From the NCBI GenBank assembly GCA_016786925.1, contig JAEUTU010000052.1, positions 726 to 64,725 on the forward strand: DNA of 64,000 bases, given 5' to 3'. Shown here in pieces: positions 61,185-64,000 of this stretch; positions within the stretch are counted from its first letter, which is position 1; every line of letters starts with the position of its first letter. Both the position numbers and the translations under genes were made by a program. A model generated the notes under the pieces. The model had not been told where the DNA came from. It saw only the letters and a program-made list of their open reading frames with translations, and ran no database searches. This stretch comes from Bacteroidia bacterium. GTDB lineage: Bacteria > Bacteroidota > Bacteroidia > 2-12-FULL-35-15.

Positions 61185-62666
61185 ATGCATAAGATCAGCA
61201 CTGCCCAAATTGACCTGAATACGATCCAAACAATTTTACATTCCAATTCCAAAATTGAATTATCAGAGGAAGCAAAGAATAATATCCTGGCTTGCCGTAA
61301 TTACCTCGACAAGAAAATGGCATCACAAAAAGAACCGATCTATGGGATCAATACCGGATTTGGTTCCTTATGTAATGTTTCTATCTCTGACAATGATTTG
61401 GAACAATTGCAAAAAAATCTGGTAATGTCACATGCTTGTGGCACCGGAGATGAAGTTCCTCAAGAGATCGTTAAATTGATGCTACTGCTGAAAGTTCAAG
61501 CATTGTCCTATGGAAAATCTGCAGTTCAGCTACAAACAGTAGAGCGATTAGCCTTTTTCTTTAATAACAATATCTTGCCGGTTGTATATCAACAAGGTTC
61601 ATTAGGTGCTTCGGGCGATCTTTCGCCATTGGCACATATGTGCTTACCATTGCTGGGATTAGGCGAAGTGTACTTTGAAGGCAAAAAGCAAAAGAGTGAA
61701 GATGTTCTAAAGAAATTCGAATTAACTCCTATCCAATTAAAATCAAAAGAAGGATTAGCATTATTAAACGGAACACAATTCATGATCGCTTATGGTGTGT
61801 GGTGCTTGCTACAAACAAAAAAGATCAGCGCTGCTGCTGATGTTATCGGAACGATCTCGCTGGAAGCGTTTGACGGTCGGATCGACCCTTTCAAACCACA
61901 TATCCACACGATCAGACCACATAAAGGTCAACTAAAAACGGCTGAAACGATACGCAAATTATTAGAAGGCAGTGAATTGATCCAACGAAAAAAAGAACAT
62001 GTTCAGGATCCTTATTCATTCCGCTGTATGCCACAAGTACATGGCGCATCAAAGGATACTTTTGAATATGTGGAAAGTGTATTTCTTACGGAGATCAATT
62101 CAGTGACCGATAACCCAACTGTATTTCCGGAAGAAGATGAGATCATTTCAGGAGGAAATTTTCATGGCCAGCCATTAGCATTGGCATTGGATTTTTTAGC
62201 GATCGCATTAGCTGAATTAGGAAATATTTCAGAAAGAAGAACCTATCAATTGATATCGGGCTTACGGGGATTACCACCTTTTTTAGTAGCAACACCCGGC
62301 CTTAACTCCGGATTCATGATCCCTCAATATACAGCAGCAAGTATTGTTAGTCAGAACAAACAATTGTGTACTCCGGCATCGGCCGACTCGATCGTTAGTT
62401 CAAACGGTCAGGAAGATCACGTTTCAATGGGAGCCAATGCTGCCACCAAATGCTACAAAATAGTTGAAAATGTACAACGTATATTAGCGATCGAGTTATT
62501 CAATGCATCACAAGCCATCGAATTTAGAAGACCTGCTAAATCGTCTCCACAACTGGAGAATCACATTGCTGATTTTAGAGTAGCTGTACCATTTATCGAA
62601 CAGGATAAGATCATGTTTACCGAGATCGAAAAAAGTGTACAATTTCTGAAGCACCATACATTTTAA
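61185..62666 (+). CDS. hutH: Histidine ammonia-lyase
   Basis: YGINTGFG, NLVMSH (SH = His-type switch), GASGDL (MIO), QDPYSFRC and NQED-like GQEDHVSMG. Confidence 0.94.
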   Translation: MHKISTAQIDLNTIQTILHSNSKIELSEEAKNNILACRNYLDKKMASQKEPIYGINTGFGSLCNVSISDNDLEQLQKNLVMSHACGTGDEVPQEIVKLMLLLKVQALSYGKSAVQLQTVERLAFFFNNNILPVVYQQGSLGASGDLSPLAHMCLPLLGLGEVYFEGKKQKSEDVLKKFELTPIQLKSKEGLALLNGTQFMIAYGVWCLLQTKKISAAADVIGTISLEAFDGRIDPFKPHIHTIRPHKGQLKTAETIRKLLEGSELIQRKKEHVQDPYSFRCMPQVHGASKDTFEYVESVFLTEINSVTDNPTVFPEEDEIISGGNFHGQPLALALDFLAIALAELGNISERRTYQLISGLRGLPPFLVATPGLNSGFMIPQYTAASIVSQNKQLCTPASADSIVSSNGQEDHVSMGANAATKCYKIVENVQRILAIELFNASQAIEFRRPAKSSPQLENHIADFRVAVPFIEQDKIMFTEIEKSVQFLKHHTF

Positions 62667-62669
62667 TAC

Positions 62670-63263
62670 ATGAGAAAAAGTCTTTTTTTTACTTTTTTCA
62701 TTTTCAGCAACTACTTGTTCGCATGTATTTGTGAGCCACTTCCTCCTTTGTCCAAGGAATCATTCAAACAGTATGATGTTATTTTCTATGGAAAAGTAGA
62801 TTCTATTTCTTATAGTAAATCAAAAGAAAACATTGTACACTTTAGCGTTATAGAACTCTATCAAGGAAATAGCGAAGAACAAATTCAACTCATTTACGAT
62901 GGATCGAGCTCATGCATGATGAACTTCATCAACAATGAAGAGTGGATCATTTATGCGACTTATTCTAATTTCGACAAGCTAAATGTTCATCTGTGCAGCC
63001 ATTCGAGAAAAAAAATCAGCGATACGACAAAAGATCCATATACAGCATCATCGGGTAAATCTTTTGACGATGAACTAACGTTACTAAGAACGCAATTGCA
63101 AGTGCAACAATTGATCAAAAGAAATGAATTGATCAAAACACAATCAGAGTTTAAACCACATAACGAGCAGCCCAGCAATATCAATAAAGTTATATTACTG
63201 ACCATTTCACTTTTAGTAATGGTAGCCGTTTATTTTATTTCCAAATTTTTTAAGAAAAAATGA
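62670..63263 (+). CDS. TIMP/NTR-like domain protein with C-terminal membrane anchor
   Basis: Signal peptide ending FA-CICEP; DVIFYGKV, SSC..F, WIIYA and LCS motifs; C-terminal TM helix plus basic tail. Confidence 0.6.
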   Translation: MRKSLFFTFFIFSNYLFACICEPLPPLSKESFKQYDVIFYGKVDSISYSKSKENIVHFSVIELYQGNSEEQIQLIYDGSSSCMMNFINNEEWIIYATYSNFDKLNVHLCSHSRKKISDTTKDPYTASSGKSFDDELTLLRTQLQVQQLIKRNELIKTQSEFKPHNEQPSNINKVILLTISLLVMVAVYFISKFFKKK

Positions 63264-63880
63264 CAAAATCCTACAAAGCACATCCATGGCATGGAATATC
63301 GATCGGAATGCATGCTCCGGAGATTGTAACTGCCTTCATCGAGATCGTACCAACTGATACGGTGAAATATGAGATCGACAAAGAAAGCGGGTATTTAAAA
63401 ATAGACCGTCCGCAAAAATTTTCCAATGTGGTGCCTGCATTGTATGGATTTATCCCTCAAACCTATTGCGATAAAGAAGTAGCCGCATTTGCATCGGAAC
63501 GTTCCGGCAAAAAGGTGGAAAAAGGAGATTGGGATCCTTTAGATATTTGTGTATTAAGCGAACGAAGTATTACACATGGAAACATTATCCTCCAAGCTAT
63601 TCCAATTGGAGGAATCCGATTGATCGACAAAGGGGAAGCTGATGATAAGATAATTGCCGTAATGCAAGGCGATGAAGTTTATAAAGAATGGAAAGACATC
63701 AATGATTGTCCACCTGCTATTATCAATCGATTAAAACATTATTTCCTGACCTATAAAAACATTCCCGGTACTGAAACTGCCACTTGCGAGATAAGTGGAA
63801 TATACGGACGCGATGAAGCACTGGAAGTGATCAAAAGAAGCGTTATCGATTATCAAAACAGTTACAAAAAAAGATCATAG
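63260..63880 (+). CDS. ppa: Inorganic pyrophosphatase (family I)
   Basis: HPWHG, KYEIDK, YGFIPQT, DWDPLDI, DKGEADDKII and YK motifs. Confidence 0.93.
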   Translation: MTKSYKAHPWHGISIGMHAPEIVTAFIEIVPTDTVKYEIDKESGYLKIDRPQKFSNVVPALYGFIPQTYCDKEVAAFASERSGKKVEKGDWDPLDICVLSERSITHGNIILQAIPIGGIRLIDKGEADDKIIAVMQGDEVYKEWKDINDCPPAIINRLKHYFLTYKNIPGTETATCEISGIYGRDEALEVIKRSVIDYQNSYKKRS

Positions 63881-64000
63881 ACCCGAAACGATCTGATCAT
63901 CTAAAGGCGAAACAGAGGAAGAGAATACCTTCACTAGTTCGCCTTTTTCGTTAACAAGGTATTTTGAAAAATTCCATTGTGGCTCATCGGTATTCCAGCC
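63875..64000 (-). CDS. Glutathione peroxidase family protein, C-terminal part (runs off window end)
   Basis: Manual translation GWNTDEPQWNFQKYLVNEKGELVKVFSSSVSPLDDQIVSGL*; WNFxKYL motif. Confidence 0.8.
   Translation of the reverse strand, partial: GWNTDEPQWNFSKYLVNEKGELVKVFSSSVSPLDDQIVSGL

Noticed and set aside
61185-62666. Tyrosine/phenylalanine ammonia-lyase for pigment synthesis
   Set aside because: The specificity residues read SH (NLVMSH), the histidine-type signature.

Overview
AT-rich window from a Bacteroidota chromosome, judged from TAnnTTTG promoter elements, many T9SS type-A C-terminal domains and PorE-like proteins. Housekeeping genes are secDF, tatA, alaS, a 2-oxoacid dehydrogenase E2, glyA, waaA, acpS, hutH and ppa. 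A nucleotide-sugar operon holds WbpE/Ugd/Uxs/WbpD/WbpB/TviB/RfbB/TviC/CpsB-like genes. Surface and secreted proteins include a giant repeat adhesin cut by the window start, NIDO-like, FG-GAP and ELWxxDGT proteins, a collagen/beta-helix fibre and four TPR-PD40-OmpA proteins. No rRNA, tRNA, CRISPR array or transposase was recognised. Best leads: (1) an uncharacterised 496-aa helical protein divergent from the adhesin, with two TGATTATCA palindromes, one inside the adhesin promoter; (2) a coupled pair of a tiny T9SS-CTD protein and a CTD-less collagen fibre; (3) PorE-like paralogues with a remodelled OmpA-like domain; (4) a candidate pseudoknotted RNA at 34.3 kb and a candidate ECF-driven sRNA at 20.65 kb. 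All functional calls come from motif recognition by eye; no database search was run.
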